A stretch of 64,000 bases of DNA from Octopus sinensis (GCF_006345805.1 NC_043006.1:41478001-41542000), one strand, 5' to 3'. Positions 1 to 13,484 are shown, numbered from the stretch's first letter. Notes: a model not told the origin generated them from the letters alone. Translations and numbers: made by a program.

Positions 1-302
1 TCCAACTATAAATACCCTGTTTCTATTTCAAACATTTGATGAAGTTTTAACTGCAATTTCTAACAAATCGAACAACCGCATAAAGGTTCTTTATTCGAAT
101 TTAGTAGTATTGCTTTTGTGAGTGAATGACAAATTTGGAATGTGTGTGCTCTGTCTATGCATAAGAAAACTTTACAACGACCTCTTTATTTCTTTATTTC
201 ATAGAGGTGTTGTATTTAAATCCGAGTATGATAGATTTCTACGTGTGTTATGTGTTTATGTTGTTTCATGGCGTATGATACAGTGTGGTAAGTGAAGTTG
301 AA

Positions 303-450
303 GGCTGCGTGGTTAAGAAACTAGTTTTCCAACCACTTGGTTTCGGCTTCAGCCTACTGTCCAGCACCTTGGCCAAGTATCTTCTACAGTCGCTCCGAAC
401 CGGCCAGTGACTTATGAGTGAATTTGGTAGACGGAAGATGAGAAACGGTG
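303..450 (+). mobile_element. SINE family A, 5' tRNA-like head (diverged)
   Basis: ggttaagaaactagttttccaaccac...ttggtagacggaa matches the head of the copies at 16047, 50016 and 53526. Confidence 0.75.
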
Positions 451-704
451 TGGAGGGATTAGGGTTAGCCGTTAGAAAATCAATTGGCTTGAAATGTTTT
501 AATGTTTTGGGGATTTTGCACTTGTATGAAGTTTCTGTTAAAAATTTAGTTCTTGAATGTAAGAATGTGGTATGATTCATCGGTGCATAATTGACAGTGT
601 TTACTGTTTGTTGTTACCTTTATTTGTCTGTGTAACAATATTTCCCAATTAATTGTGAATGGATAAAAGAGACTGTATCAGCTCAAGATGAACTCAAATG
701 TAAC

Positions 705-749
705 ACAGTCCGATGTTGGCTTAGGTGGCCGAAACCTCGAAGTCACTGT
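705..749 (+). ncRNA. Decayed minimal type I hammerhead ribozyme (Penelope pLTR-type)
   Basis: acagt-CCGATGT-t-ggct(taggt)ggcc-GAAAC-ctcgaa-GTC-actgt. Stem I acagt/actgt, stem II 4 bp, palindromic tcga loop III. The core has two changes from CUGAUGA. Confidence 0.6.
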
Positions 750-888
750 CAAAACTATTCTTGTTAAATGATGATATATGTTTGTGTGCGTGTGTGTATA
801 TGTATTCATATATTTATATATCTGTTTAAAAATATATGAGTGTATATGTACCCCTCTCTCTCTATCTCATAAATATAATGTGTGTGTG

Positions 889-958
<70 letters not shown>

Positions 959-2379
959 CGTATATATATGTGTGTGTGAGAGTAGATAAGACGGCGCGTT
1001 ATTTTGGCTATGAATTATTTTGACTCTTATTTCTAGCAATGCTGGTGCTGAATGACGCCATCAGTCGCTCTGGTGACATATATTTTTGCTCTTCAGTTGA
1101 AAAATTGCGAACGACTCATCCTCCTGATTTATGTATATATGTATAAATATATATGTATCAGTGTTTGTTTGTTTATGTCACCGTAACATAGCTGTTTGGC
1201 AAAGGAGACGATAGAATAAGCACTAGATTTTTAAATATATGTATTGGGTTCAATTTTCTTAACTAGATTTTTTAAGTTAGTACTGCAGCATAACCACACC
1301 AAGTAAAATTAATGCTGAGATAATTAACAAAAAGAGATAATTAATATGGTAGGCATTGCTCTAGATCGACAATGCATTCTCGAAGTAGATTTGATTTAAT
1401 TTTCTGCAGAACGATGTACAGTTGTACAATGGAAGAACGATGTGAACGTGACGTTAACTACCTATGAAGCTGAGTGAATGTTTTGAGGACGTGTGGAGGT
1501 TTAGCAGATATACTTTGAAAGCAAATTATATTCATCTATGGATAGATATTTTTGGTAACCCAGAAAAATGCAATTTATGGAAGTGGTTATGTCCATTACA
1601 TAAGATTAGTTCTCTGACATGTAGTTTGTTGGACAGCCTGTTCTTATTTTTCTTTCGTTTGAGTGGAAAGCGAAAATAGAATTGACAGTTTTGATGTATT
1701 TATGTATGTAGTTTCAATTGTCATGTATACTTGTATGTTTCAGGGGTATCTAAATTTCTCTTGAGATTTTGAAAGGAAAATGCGTGGGTTAAATATGTCA
1801 ATAATGAGTATTTTCACACATTATTGTGTATGAGTATTTTTACACATTTTAGGATCATCCCTGATCAAACAGGCTTACGTTCAAAGCTATTAAAGTTATA
1901 ACCATTTATATCTATTCATGAAATTGTTTCTTTTGGCGTCTAGTAGCCAGCCTCTCGGAGATATCAATGTTCTGGATGGTAGGGTGAGAATTAAAAGATA
2001 TTTCGTTGGTATTTCAAATAAAATTCAGTGAAGACTGTGACTCGCTCGTTGTCTCGTCGATACAGATAATTATAAGTATTATATACATAGTTATCCATAG
2101 TTATATAACAATTATTTCAGGCCCTATATGTTTGCACTTATGAAAAGAACTTAGGGGTTAGATTTCTCTATTGCTATTGGCTCTTTGGTGTAACTAAGTT
2201 ATCAAATTATGCTCTGTTTTTGTGTACGTGAACTTACTAATAAGTATGCGGACTGTACCTATAGTAACCAAGCTAAAGCACAGAAAGTGAAGCCGTTTGG
2301 AACAAATTGACCTTGAACTCTGTTGTGCATGTGCACTAAGGTTTAATGTACTATCTTCGTTTCCATGCTTAAAGCAATG

Positions 2380-2950
2380 CTTGGAAGGAAGATGTGTAAC
2401 GTGAGATCACCTCTTTTACCATGTCAAAGTAAGTTGAGCAGAGAATCTGCATCAAATGTTGCCAAATTTTTGGCGAAACCTGCTCAGGGGCCTACGCGAA
2501 ATTTTCAAGAAATCTCATGGTTCTCGACATAATCAAGGAGATCCTATGCAATTGAAACCCGAGTGTCTTTTTGGTCAGCTGGTAGTACTTCGGGTACAAA
2601 CTTGACAGATACGTGTCTCATTTCAAAATCGAAAGTGATAATGGATTGAAGTGAACCCTAACTAATCTGCACCTCTTCTGATAACTCACGGATGGTGATT
2701 CGACAAGTTTCTCTCACAATTGCACGCTCATCTGCGATGGTTTTCGCAGCTCTGCTGGTTGCGGTTCTCCCAAAGCTTTCGTCAATATCGACCATTTTGG
2801 GCCATCTTGGAAACGTCTGTACCACTCCTACACTTCTGTGCGGCTCATACAATCCTATTTATACAATTTCAGCAACTTTGCATTGGCTTTTGAGCAGGTA
2901 TCGCCTTGACAACTTTCTCTGTCATGGACAATATAACGATCACACGCTAA
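2380..2950 (-). mobile_element. Mariner transposase 5' remnant
   Basis: ORF 2658-2852 reads ...DESFGRTATSRAAKTIADERAIVRETCRITIRELSEEVQIS, the mariner HTH region (cf. GRPxTS...RRITIRELAEEVGIS). Confidence 0.75.
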
Positions 2951-2953
2951 ATC

Positions 2954-4638
2954 GCTAAATTGAAATAAGCGGCCAGGATAAAAACGACAAAGACTCTATG
3001 GACAAAAGAACACGTACACACAAGAACTATCAAGAACTAGCTATAAAATAACAGAGGAATCTATGTACAAGCAATAGCAAGAGAAATAGAATACTAGAGC
3101 GGAGCACTGACTAGCTCAACGCGGAAGTGATTGTTTAAAACCAAGAGCTAAGTATTTCCACAAAATGAATTCCTTCCAAGCACTTCTGTAAAGAGTGGTA
3201 GTAAGCTAGAATGTTAAAGTTTAGTGCATATGCACAGTGGCGTCTGAGGTCAATCAGTGTCAGGCGGCTTCACTCTGCGGGATTTAGATTCGTCACTATG
3301 GCAACAGTCCGGAACGTATTGATCAGATCTCGTATGTCTTCACAGGATAGATTTTTGATCACTGAGTTTCGAGCAATGTCTAAAGATATTTGCTTGGTAC
3401 TGTTGCCCATTGGCACAGTCTGGTATTGTGAGATAGCGCGTGGTACAGATATCATTGATGCTGCTAACTACCCATGTAGAATGTTTAGCATGTTGGATAC
3501 TCATGTTTACCAGTCATGTCTTATATTGCAGTCTTTGTTAAGTTTTCAACACTTTTACAAATATTTTGTCCGTTACAGAATTTATGTTGGTGACAACTGT
3601 GTTGTTGAATCCTGCAAACTTTGATATCTAATTCCAGTGGATTAGTGTGTTTGAAGTTCCCAAAAGTATTTTCTTTTCATTGATCTGTGAATGCATTGTG
3701 ATAACGTGTATGTTAAATTAGATTAAGATTAATTATGTTGAGATAGAACTTGGAGTGTTGCTTTACTACAATGCATTTGTAGAGTCAATGTACTTATCTT
3801 AGCAAGACAGGTGTCTTTCGGTGCGGATTGTTTAATAGGTAAAATGGCTTCAGTAACGAAGTTATTGGATCACGATATTTATGTATTAATATGACTTTCT
3901 GTAAAAAGTATCCTTTGATTTAATTTGCGACGTGTATGTTTCTAGAGGTTGCAATTGTCATTGCAGGATATAGTTATGCTGCGTAATATACACATCCACG
4001 ACTTGAATTCAGGACCGTAGATGGTAGCAACATATTTGCCCTCATAGCTTTTAATTATTCCCCAGACATTTTGTTATAAAGGCAGTTTCTCTTTTCATGC
4101 TTTACATTCTGATTACCTTTATTTTTCTATCTTTAATTTGAATAATTTCTTCGTTTCTTTTCGAGAAATATTATTCTTTACTGAAACTGATACCTTGATT
4201 AAGAGGCACCTAGATTTCTGGTGGATCTTGACAACAATATGCAGCCATTTCATAAAGATAACAAGAAAATCGCTATCTCATAGTTTTAGTCAATCTTCAA
4301 TATATGAGAGCATAAACACTGTAGTGCCTGCTAATGTGTACTCTATTGACTAAGACCGCGTAGAGAAAATAAGTTTCTCTTTTACCCTCCATACATTTTG
4401 AAGTGTCTGCTATTATAGGATTTCATTTTGTAGAAATGCTTAGCTCTTGGTTTTAAACAATCACTTCCGCGTTGAGCTAGTCAGTGCTCCGCTCTAGTAT
4501 TCTATTTCTCTTGCTATTGCTTGTACATAGATTCCTCTGTTATTTTATCGCTAGTTCTTGATAGTTCTTGTGTGTACGTGTTCCTTTGTCCATAGAGTGA
4601 TTGTCGTGTTTTATCCTGGCCGCTTATTTCAATTTAGC
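2954..4638. repeat. Inverted repeat pair, about 220 bp arms (2954-3174 and 4417-4638)
   Basis: gctaaattgaaataagcggccagg...caaaatgaattcct is the near-exact reverse complement of aggatttcattttg...cgcttatttcaatttagc. Confidence 0.9.
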
Positions 4639-5600
4639 AAAGTCTTCTTGTTTCACAATTTCTTTGATTTTAATTACTTGGTTTATTTTTGCTTTATTAT
4701 ATTTGTACACTATTTGTCTTGCTATCTTTTCTTCTATTTGTGCCGTGTTGGTAGTGATTTCAAAAGGATTTTGGCATTATCTTTTGTTATTTTCATATTA
4801 TTTTTCCTATCTATGTTTCCAATAGTGTTTGATTGGATTTTGATAGATCTCGATGTATTGAGCAAATATGAAGGGATGCAAACATTTTCTTGTAGAAATG
4901 GCAGCTGCCTTTAACCTAGTAATATTGATGCTCATGGCTGTTTTTATTAAGTTTATTAGGGTCAGTTTTGCGATTTCATTAGTCCCGTTGCTGTTTTATC
5001 TTTAGGTTTATTTTCGTTGGATCAAAGGAAACGTTCCTACTGCCTTTATTTCTTTCAATATTTCCTCTTTAGATTTTCATGTTCAAGGTTCCAACACATA
5101 TAATTTGCCATTTTTCTAAGTTACACATATTACTACCCATTATGTTTTATTCCGTTGTTCTTGCTAGGGTTGTGTTGGCCAGTTTTCTGTAGGTGATCCA
5201 GAATTTGGTTTCACTTTGCTTTATTTTAAATTTAATTCAACATGTTTGCCCGTGTCAGTGTTACCCACGAGATTTTTGTCTTGAAGGTCAACTATTTTGG
5301 CATTTGTTTTAGGTTCAGCGTAAAAACCTAAACAGATCGCCAATGTGGGTGTGATATTTGGTGACTTGTAGTAATACAGGGTCTTCATATAAATCCAAAT
5401 TATTATGACATATAAGAAGATAATATGATCAATGAGTTGATCTGTACAAAAATCAATGAGAGCGACAAGCATCAGGACAGGTTGTTCAGAACAGAAACCC
5501 CGTTATAAATGTGGCGGTAAATGTAAATTAAATGTTTCCTACTCAGATTTGGAAAACCTAACAGAAAACAGTACGAACATCTACACACTGATGTTTCAAA
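3180..5600 (-). mobile_element. Highly degenerate retroelement-like coding remnant, clade not resolved
   Basis: A long stop-interrupted minus frame with protein-like K/N/I-rich composition. No diagnostic RT motif recognised with certainty. Confidence 0.3.
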
Positions 5601-5630
5601 CGTTTATTATTATTATTATTATTATTATTA

Positions 5631-6303
5631 TACTGCCTTTGCACAGCTTCTAACGCTGGAGATGTACTACAGTGTCAGCTGTTCACTACCAGTGAACTAA
5701 AGTAACACCTCTTATTTTTCGAGTACCTTCCGGAGTATTCGAGCAGTTCCAAGCAGTGCTGCTTTCTGCAAGTGCTCCACCCTTATTGCAGCCCCTATTT
5801 GTTTCATGCACTTCTCAAGATTTTTACTCACTGTTCCCAGGGCCCCTACAATTATTGGTACTACTACCACCTTTTTCATCGACCACAACTGCTTAACCAC
5901 CTAAGCTAACCTGTCATATCTATCGACTTTTCTTTCTTCCTTATCGCATACCTTGTTGCCTGCCAGCTGGGCATACTATATCTATGCCTGGCTTCCTATT
6001 ATCTATCTCATGGTCGCACTGAATCAAAAAATTCCATAGGATCTTTGCATTATCATTTTCGATGATGCTTTCGGGTTTGTGGTCGTACCAATTTTTTTAC
6101 TCCGTCAAGTCCATACTTGTTGCAAAATGTCCAATGGACAAGCCTTGCTATATTGTCGTTGCGTCTCTTATATTCCTTCTGGGCTAGTGGCGTACATTGA
6201 CTGGTAATATGCCAAACGGTTTCACCATTTTGTCCACAGTTTCTGCACCTATCACTTTCTGACCTGTTGTCAATTCTGTATTTTATGTAGTTTGTTCTCA
6301 ATG
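5631..6303 (-). mobile_element. 5'-truncated RLE non-LTR retrotransposon (R4/Dong-like), flanked by (TAA)n on both sides
   Basis: CCHC zinc knuckle CRNCGQNGETVWHITSQC, then LAQKEYKRR, KILWNF and the C-terminus VKQLWSMKKVVVVPIIVGALGTVSKNL...LQKAALLGTARILRKVLEK*. An internal deletion removes part of the PD..D nuclease motif. (TTA)n at 5603-5630 and 6306-6330. Confidence 0.9.
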
Positions 6304-7457
6304 CTTTATTATTATTATTATTATTATTATCGCCATCATCATCACTAGTGTTGTTTTTCGACACCAAAAATCTCGGTATTCATGTAGAAATAATGCAGTT
6401 TCTGCAGAAAATTGAAAAAATAACTGGAGGCTATAATTATATTATCATTTCAAAATGTTTATCACACAAATAACAAATTAAATACAATATCACATATAAT
6501 TTTACTGGCAGAAAAATATCATTAAATTTTATTACGCTGTTTGTTTCAGGTGCACTCACCTGTCAGTATGTGAGAAAAAGCATCTGAGTGTGTGTGTGTG
6601 TGTTTGTATATTTGAGAATACGGTTGTATATGTGCAGCAGTATCTGAAAACAAAGCAATGAGTTGGTGAAATCAGACGAAATAAAATGGACCTGAGCACT
6701 TTACAGTTATACTCATAACCACGCAAAAAGACGAACGCAGTATATAAATATATATATATATATATACACACATGTATACACAGACACACGTATATATATA
6801 TATATACATATGAATACACGCACAGACACACACACGCACACACATATATATATACATATAAACGCGCGTGTGTATGTGTGTGTAGAAGGGGAATGTGATT
6901 ATGTTTTTGTGTGAGTGCGTGTGTGTGGATAAATTGTATCGCAGAATAGTCTTATTATTGCATTATATAATTACTGTTACATGATACACAAAACATTACA
7001 TAGTCAATAACCATTATAAACTAGCACTGGATTGTATTATGTAATTAAACTAGCAATATGATAGTGAGTGCTCCCTCTTCACATATATGTGTGTGTGTTA
7101 TCATATCTATTGTAAATGTATCTAATATTATATATCCTCTTGTATTATCGGAAATACTGTTTCGTTCTGACACGTTTTTGTTTGTACAGTGCATATGCAA
7201 CAACAACAAGAACGTATCTAGATATATATTCGTACACAGAAGTGTTTGATCGATGCCGGGCTATATAATTCAACTAATGTTCTTACCCGCTACTTTCTTT
7301 CTTTTAAGTCACGCTTTATCTATCTGCTTGTCTACCACCCTCTCTTTCTCGTTCTCCTCTTACGTACGCACATGCGTACCTACACGCGCATAAAACGCAT
7401 GCAAAGAAGCTAAGATCATACACCAAATTTTCCTAAAACCCATAATATACTTAATTA

Positions 7458-7665
7458 CGTTCGTCTCCTCTCCATGAAGCTTAGGCCATTGATGGCTCTC
7501 CTTCACCGATTTCGACTCGGTGCTGTCTTTCCTGCTTCCGTCCTGGTCGATCCCTACTTTTTCAGCTCTTCATCAGCATCCCGACCTGATATGTGTCTCC
7601 CTCATGGAAGGCTTACCTCTTTCAGATTTCGTTGGTTCTGAATTGTATTTGATGTTTTCGTAACT
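7458..7665 (-). mobile_element. RTE-like LINE 3' end fragment
   Basis: The minus strand gives frameshifted EELK..GIDQDGSRK..APSRNRWRRAINGLSFMERR, typical of the RTE ORF terminus. Confidence 0.5.
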
Positions 7666-8029
7666 CTACTTTGTGTAAGTAGGATTGTTGACCCTATACA
7701 AACCCATTTTGATATCTGGACTGAAATGGTCCATATTTAGTATGGCCTCTATTTGACCAGTAAAAACTGAGAGGAGGCCCTGCATGAGGCGTAAGTTTGC
7801 TGGCTTGGCCGAACACAAGCTACAAAATTGGAACAAGGACTTGTAGGTAGAAAAATACTCTTCTTCTTCTACCACTTCTTCCCCTCCTCCTCCCCTCTTT
7901 CTATTTCTTCCTCTTTTCTCCTCCTTCTCCTTCTCATCCTCCAACTTTTCTTTTTCGCCTCCTCCTCCTCCTTCAACTTTTTTCTTTTTCCTCTCCTCCT
8001 CCTCCACGATTATGTCTATTTCTTGGTAA

Positions 8030-9030
8030 CTGAGTTAGGTAGCAATCAGCCTATTTTGCTATCATTCGTAGGACACCTATGACAACAGGAATTTTTTTTA
8101 GTCATGAGGTTCCACATTTTGCCAATTTCTCTTTCCAGATCATTATACTTGTTCAGTTGGTAGGTCTTGACACATAAATTTACGTCGATTGAGACAGTCA
8201 TATTGAGGAGCACGCATGATTTTCATTTGAATTTCTTCAATATAACCTCTGGCTTCTATTTTCTATTTTCTGTCACTTTGAACGATGAAGTTCCAATGGA
8301 GTGAGATATGGTCATTTTCAAGTAGTGGCGGTGGTTTGTGTTTCCACCAGGTTTTATAATGAGACAGACCCAAGTCTTTGCAAATTATCCAGTGAATATA
8401 CTATGCTGCGCTATCATGCCTGCTGTGATACTCTGTAGGCACAAGAAGTCTGCACATAGAGAGAACATGATCGATGGTTTCATTTTGTTGTTTACATACA
8501 TGACATGTTGGGCTACTGCCGTTCTTTAAGATGTTGACCCGGTAGCTTCTTGTAGGTAGGTATTGAATTTGGGCTGCTATGATAAACCTTTCTGTCGGGT
8601 AAGGGCTTTGTCAACATCAGCATTATTATCCCTCTTTGGGTATTTACCACTAAGAAGATTTTCTTGCCATTTACCACTAAGAATATCTAAGGGAGCACTT
8701 ATAGCACGGATTTTCATACGTTCAGCTTTGTCAGTGCTTGTTTGCAGTAGTCTAATTCTGGAATTTTTTGTATTTAGAATTCACTTAGATATTTCTTTGC
8801 CTATTTTGTTACTGAGTAGGATGTTTTCATTTCATGCTTTAAGACAAATTTTAACATCCAGGTCATAGAGTTTTTCAGGTAGGTATATAGGCCAATTGTA
8901 GCAATCTTCATTGTTGGTTCCTGTTGTAAAAATCCACGGCCATCCTCTTTTATTGGCAGGTAAAGTCGTTCTATATCTGCCGTAATGTGGTGCTTTCGAT
9001 ACATTGACAATAGTTTTCGTATTTTTCAAT
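8030..9030 (-). mobile_element. RLE non-LTR retrotransposon 3' fragment (R4/Dong-like)
   Basis: HHITADIERLYLPIKEDGRGFLQ (cf. HPKADVDRLYLPRKEGGRGL) and the C-terminal LNKYNDLEREIGKMWNL..KIPVVIGVL. Confidence 0.85.
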
Positions 9031-11414
9031 CAATATTACAGATTTCAGTAATCGACCAGTAAATAATATTGAAACTGCAAGTCGCGACCGGTATGGTCAT
9101 AATATTATTATTATTATGGTTAAATTATTATTATTATTATTATTGTTTTTGTTGTTAATATTAAAACAAGAAGAAGAGCGCGACTGTTATTGGTAATAAA
9201 CATAGATTAAATCTGTTTATTAAAATGAAAATGGAACGAATGGACAATATTTTGACACTCCGTGTGTCTTTTGCAAGGTCAAAATATAAAACGATATTAA
9301 ATTCAAAGTTAGGAAAAGCTGAAACGCCTAAAATTAAACGGGATCAACTGCGTTTCTTTCCAAGTAATACGACGTCATCACTCTTACGTCTTTGTCTATA
9401 AGTTCAAAAAGCATGGTTATGAGCAATCAAGTGTTTATCCACTTGACCCCCAAATTAGATTTACTAAAATGCCTATCAGTTGTCAATACAACGTTTAATG
9501 ACACAGCTGCTTGGAAGAGTGGCACATTGTACTTAATGCATTTTTCCGGTTTTATTATGCACACCGTTTGCTGAAATGAAATTACTCCGAAGGCAAATTT
9601 GTGTGTTATCTGTTCGATAATGACGAATTATAAGTAAATAAAAAGTAATCATCCATCCGCATGAATTCTATAAACAACATACCTACGGTACAAATCTCTT
9701 CTGTGAGGAGCGCCGTTAATTCATGTCAAGCCATGTACTCGTTTGTTTGGATACTTCAAAAGTTACTTTCAGAAAGGTCTGATCACGCGATTACATTTTG
9801 CTTTCTGTTATGTATCTGTGGCATTGTTACCAACACAATATGAAAACGTAGGACGGATGTATATTTTGGTTTAATTAGGTTTGAAATGGAAATATAGCCA
9901 GACATGTTATTCATGTCGACAATTCTAAATAGTAGGCTTGAATGAATAATCGAGACTAAATTCAGAACAATATCACGTTTAACACCATTACACCCTCACA
10001 CCACCCAAAACATGTCACTTTTACTTTTTTTCGTTTTACATCTTTTCTTTCTTAATGTCAGCGACTTTTCTTGCAACTTTCGTTTTTATCATGATTTCCT
10101 TGTATTATTCATTTCAAATTTATTTTCAGCCAAAAATAATTCCAATAAAAATAAAAACTAAAACAAAAACTTATTTCGAGCATAAAACGTCCGAAATGCA
10201 TTAATTTAAATTATTATTGTTTCCAGCTTTCTCTTTTATATTCTCCATTCATCTACCACACAAGTTTATTATCGATTACAGTAAATCTTGATTTATTGCA
10301 AGAAAGCTAACCAATGAAGAAACTATACTACACACACACACACACACATATATATATACACACATATATGTATATATAAGGAAAAGTTAAGAGTGATGCG
10401 AACTGAAAATAAATGAGTATTAATTAAGATTTGAATGCTATTATGTTTAAATGGTAAGAATTAGAAGCCTTACGAATTACTGAAATGGTTCTTTACACCG
10501 ACACCTACCAAAGAAAAGACAGACACGGTACAGATACATAATTGTGTTTATTTGGTGATGATTTATTGAATTGAGAGCAAAGAGTGAAATTTATTAACGA
10601 TATACATTATCTGAATTTGTGACTTATCTGGTGTACAGTTATTTAAGATAACAACTTGATACTTTTAACTCGGTATAGGCGCTACTTTTCGACAACTTAT
10701 CATAAGATGTTATGCTGTTACGGATCAGCTTACTGAATTATTGACAAGTATCTTATCTTCCTAGGCTAGAGGTGTAGTGGAATTGCGAAGTGGTTTTTAT
10801 TTTCCTTGGTGTTAACATTAACGAACTTTTGTAAGCTCGTAATTATAAATATTTTCTCTGGGTTCACGCAGTTCTTCTCCATAAATTCTCCAGAGAATAT
10901 TTTTGCCAAGTGTATTACTATCTTTGACATGTATCTGCTACTGATTGAGCAGGTTGTGGATGTAACGATTGTATGAATTTTGGCCCATGCCTTAATTATT
11001 CCAAAGTGTATACTCTATTAATTTTAATTAATGAAGATAACATTGTTCCCTAAAGAATTATTATAGAACTGTTTCTGATATGGCTCCACTGACATGATGC
11101 TGTTTCTAATTGAGCCGTTTACGCTCATTACATTTCTCTTGCTTCCTGATTCAGAGCAGTCAGGCTTCTTTTAAAGTGGCTAGCGTACCAAGATCTCTAT
11201 CTTTTCTTGAATCTACGTGAAGACAAGTCTTTGATACATACACACATACGCACACACGGAGAGCACAGACGTGTACTCGTGTATATTTGATGTATTTGTG
11301 TGTATATATAGGGGACGTGAGAGAGACACGTGCAAAAATTCATATATAAACATATGTATACACACACACACACACACTCACACACACATGCATTTATGTA
11401 TTTATATAAATAAG

Positions 11415-11446
11415 GATAAGATCGTTATTTAAATAACGATCTTATC
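11415..11446. repeat. Perfect 32 bp palindrome
   Basis: gataagatcgttattt|aaataacgatcttatc. Confidence 0.95.
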
Positions 11447-11497
11447 AGGTGACCAGCATGGGAATAAAAAACCCTTCAGAGTTATTAATTATTATTA

Positions 11498-11797
11498 AAA
11501 TTATAATTTAGGGTATCTAAGAGATACCACCCCGCTGGAAATAGCAGCCAAAACTTGACTCTAAAACCACATCAAATGTTCATACAGCACCAGGAGAGAA
11601 GACGAGCATTTCTTATACAGAACCAGAAATTCGGGATCTAGAATTCTCCAGTAATTCTTTTTTCTTTTTTGATAGTTTATTTTGTCTTTTTGTCTTCTCT
11701 CCTGGTGCTGTATGAACATTTGATGTCGTTTTAAAGTCAAGTTTTGGCTGCTATTTCCAGCGTGGTGATATCTCTTAGATACTCTAAATTATAATTT
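11498..11797. mobile_element. Fold-back element, about 106 bp inverted arms (11498-11603 and 11692-11797), probably an inverted pLTR or MITE
   Basis: aaattataatttagggtatctaagagataccaccccgctggaaatagcagccaaaac... pairs with ...gttttggctgctatttccagcgtggtgatatctcttagatactctaaattataattt. Confidence 0.8.
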
Positions 11798-11800
11798 AAA

Positions 11801-11847
<47 letters not shown>

Positions 11848-12127
11848 TGGGACACGTTCAGATTTTGAGTTATTTGACAAAAAGTTATAAATAATATGTA
11901 AATACTAAGTTGCAAAACCGTTATGGTTAGAGAAAGTATATCGAAAAAGGATTTTCAGATCAATATTTACGTGATGATATCTTTACCTTTATGCCCTGTG
12001 TAGACGATATCCAATGTTCCAAAAGCAAAAACAATTTTATTTAAAATTCCTTCGAAAGATTATGAAATTCTTATGACGTCAACAATATATATATAGATAC
12101 ATGCATACATATGTTTCACACACACAT

Positions 12128-12248
12128 ATACTTGCTTCCCAACCACATGGTTCTGGGTTCAGTTCCACAGCGTGGCACATTGGGCGAGTCTCTCCTACTA
12201 TAGCCTCAGAATGATTGTATTTGTTAGACGGAAACTAATAGAAGCCCG

Positions 12249-12252
<4 letters not shown>
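12128..12252 (+). mobile_element. SINE family A head
   Basis: cttcccaaccacatggttctgggttcagttccacagcgtggcac...gaagcccgtc, followed by (TA)n. Confidence 0.8.
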
Positions 12253-12318
<66 letters not shown>

Positions 12319-13255
12319 AAACTGATCGAGTAGGGCCCCTAGAAGAGGTCCAGATATAACCCATCTATTTTCCTTTATCGACCAAGAGTAAATGATCCAT
12401 TCACTTTTTACTCTTTTGCTCACTGGTCATTTCTCCCTCCATTTATTAGAGAAGCAATATTACTAGAGTGACCGGTTGCCAGTGGTTTCGTTGAATAAAT
12501 ACGTGTGTTCTACATTGCGTGGACTTTATTACAAGAAGTTGTCAGATAAGGACATTGATTCTATCAATCTAACCCCTGTCCAAATTAATATATAAATTTA
12601 ATAACATTTCGTAGACCTACCTAAGTTTGACTTAAACTATACTTGAGTAAAATCTCACCATGGGTTATAGATATATCAATGCCGCAACATATTTTCCAAT
12701 TTTACCATTAACGTACTGTTTGTATGTAAACTGTGCAGACATTTTTCAAAATATTACATTTTATTTGGTATAAAACAAATTTAGTATGCTTATTTCTTTG
12801 TATTTGAAACGTTAGGGTTATTTTCGCACTTTACCCAGAACAACACTTAAACAAGTACATAGTATTTTCCTCAACAATAGATTCACTTATTTTGGTTAAT
12901 GACTTATTTAAGAATATACCATGAATAACGATATCTTTCACGTCATTTCAGCTAATTGATAGGCGCTGCATGAAGAACTTTTCAGAGCTACATACTTTGA
13001 ATTGCTATCTCACATCCGATTTGCCTGTTATTACGTAACGTTATTCACGATTTTGGTATTCAAAACTTATTGGCATTTCCCCAAAACAAGACCGTATGTA
13101 AGATGGTTCCGTATTCTCTGTAAATGCACAGAAACCGTTTTAAGTGTTACTACCTTGTATGGAGGTGTGAGGTTAGCGAAAAAATTATGATAATAGGGGG
13201 ATAAGCCTCGCTTTTCCGGGAATTACCGGGTATGTCAGCTAGCGTGCCCCCCCCC

Positions 13256-13286
<31 letters not shown>

Positions 13287-13484
13287 AGTAATTGAATGAA
13301 TTATCTTATTAAGGATGATTCGAAAGATAACCGATACCTGGGTAGCAAATTCACATCAGAAAGAACACGGTTGAAGCTACATCCCTAGGGCATAGACTAT
13401 GTGTCTTCGTGCGGAAATTTGTATGTTTGTTTTAAAATTATAAGTATATGAAAGAATGGAGTTGAACGACTAGTTAACAAATAT

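Noticed and set aside
3211-3624. 137 aa plus-strand ORF
   Set aside because: It has no recognisable motif and lies antisense to a decayed retroelement-like region; most likely a chance open frame.
12963-13097. 135 nt in-frame candidate exon (AG...GTAAGA)
   Set aside because: The polypyrimidine tract is poor and the peptide is unrecognisable.
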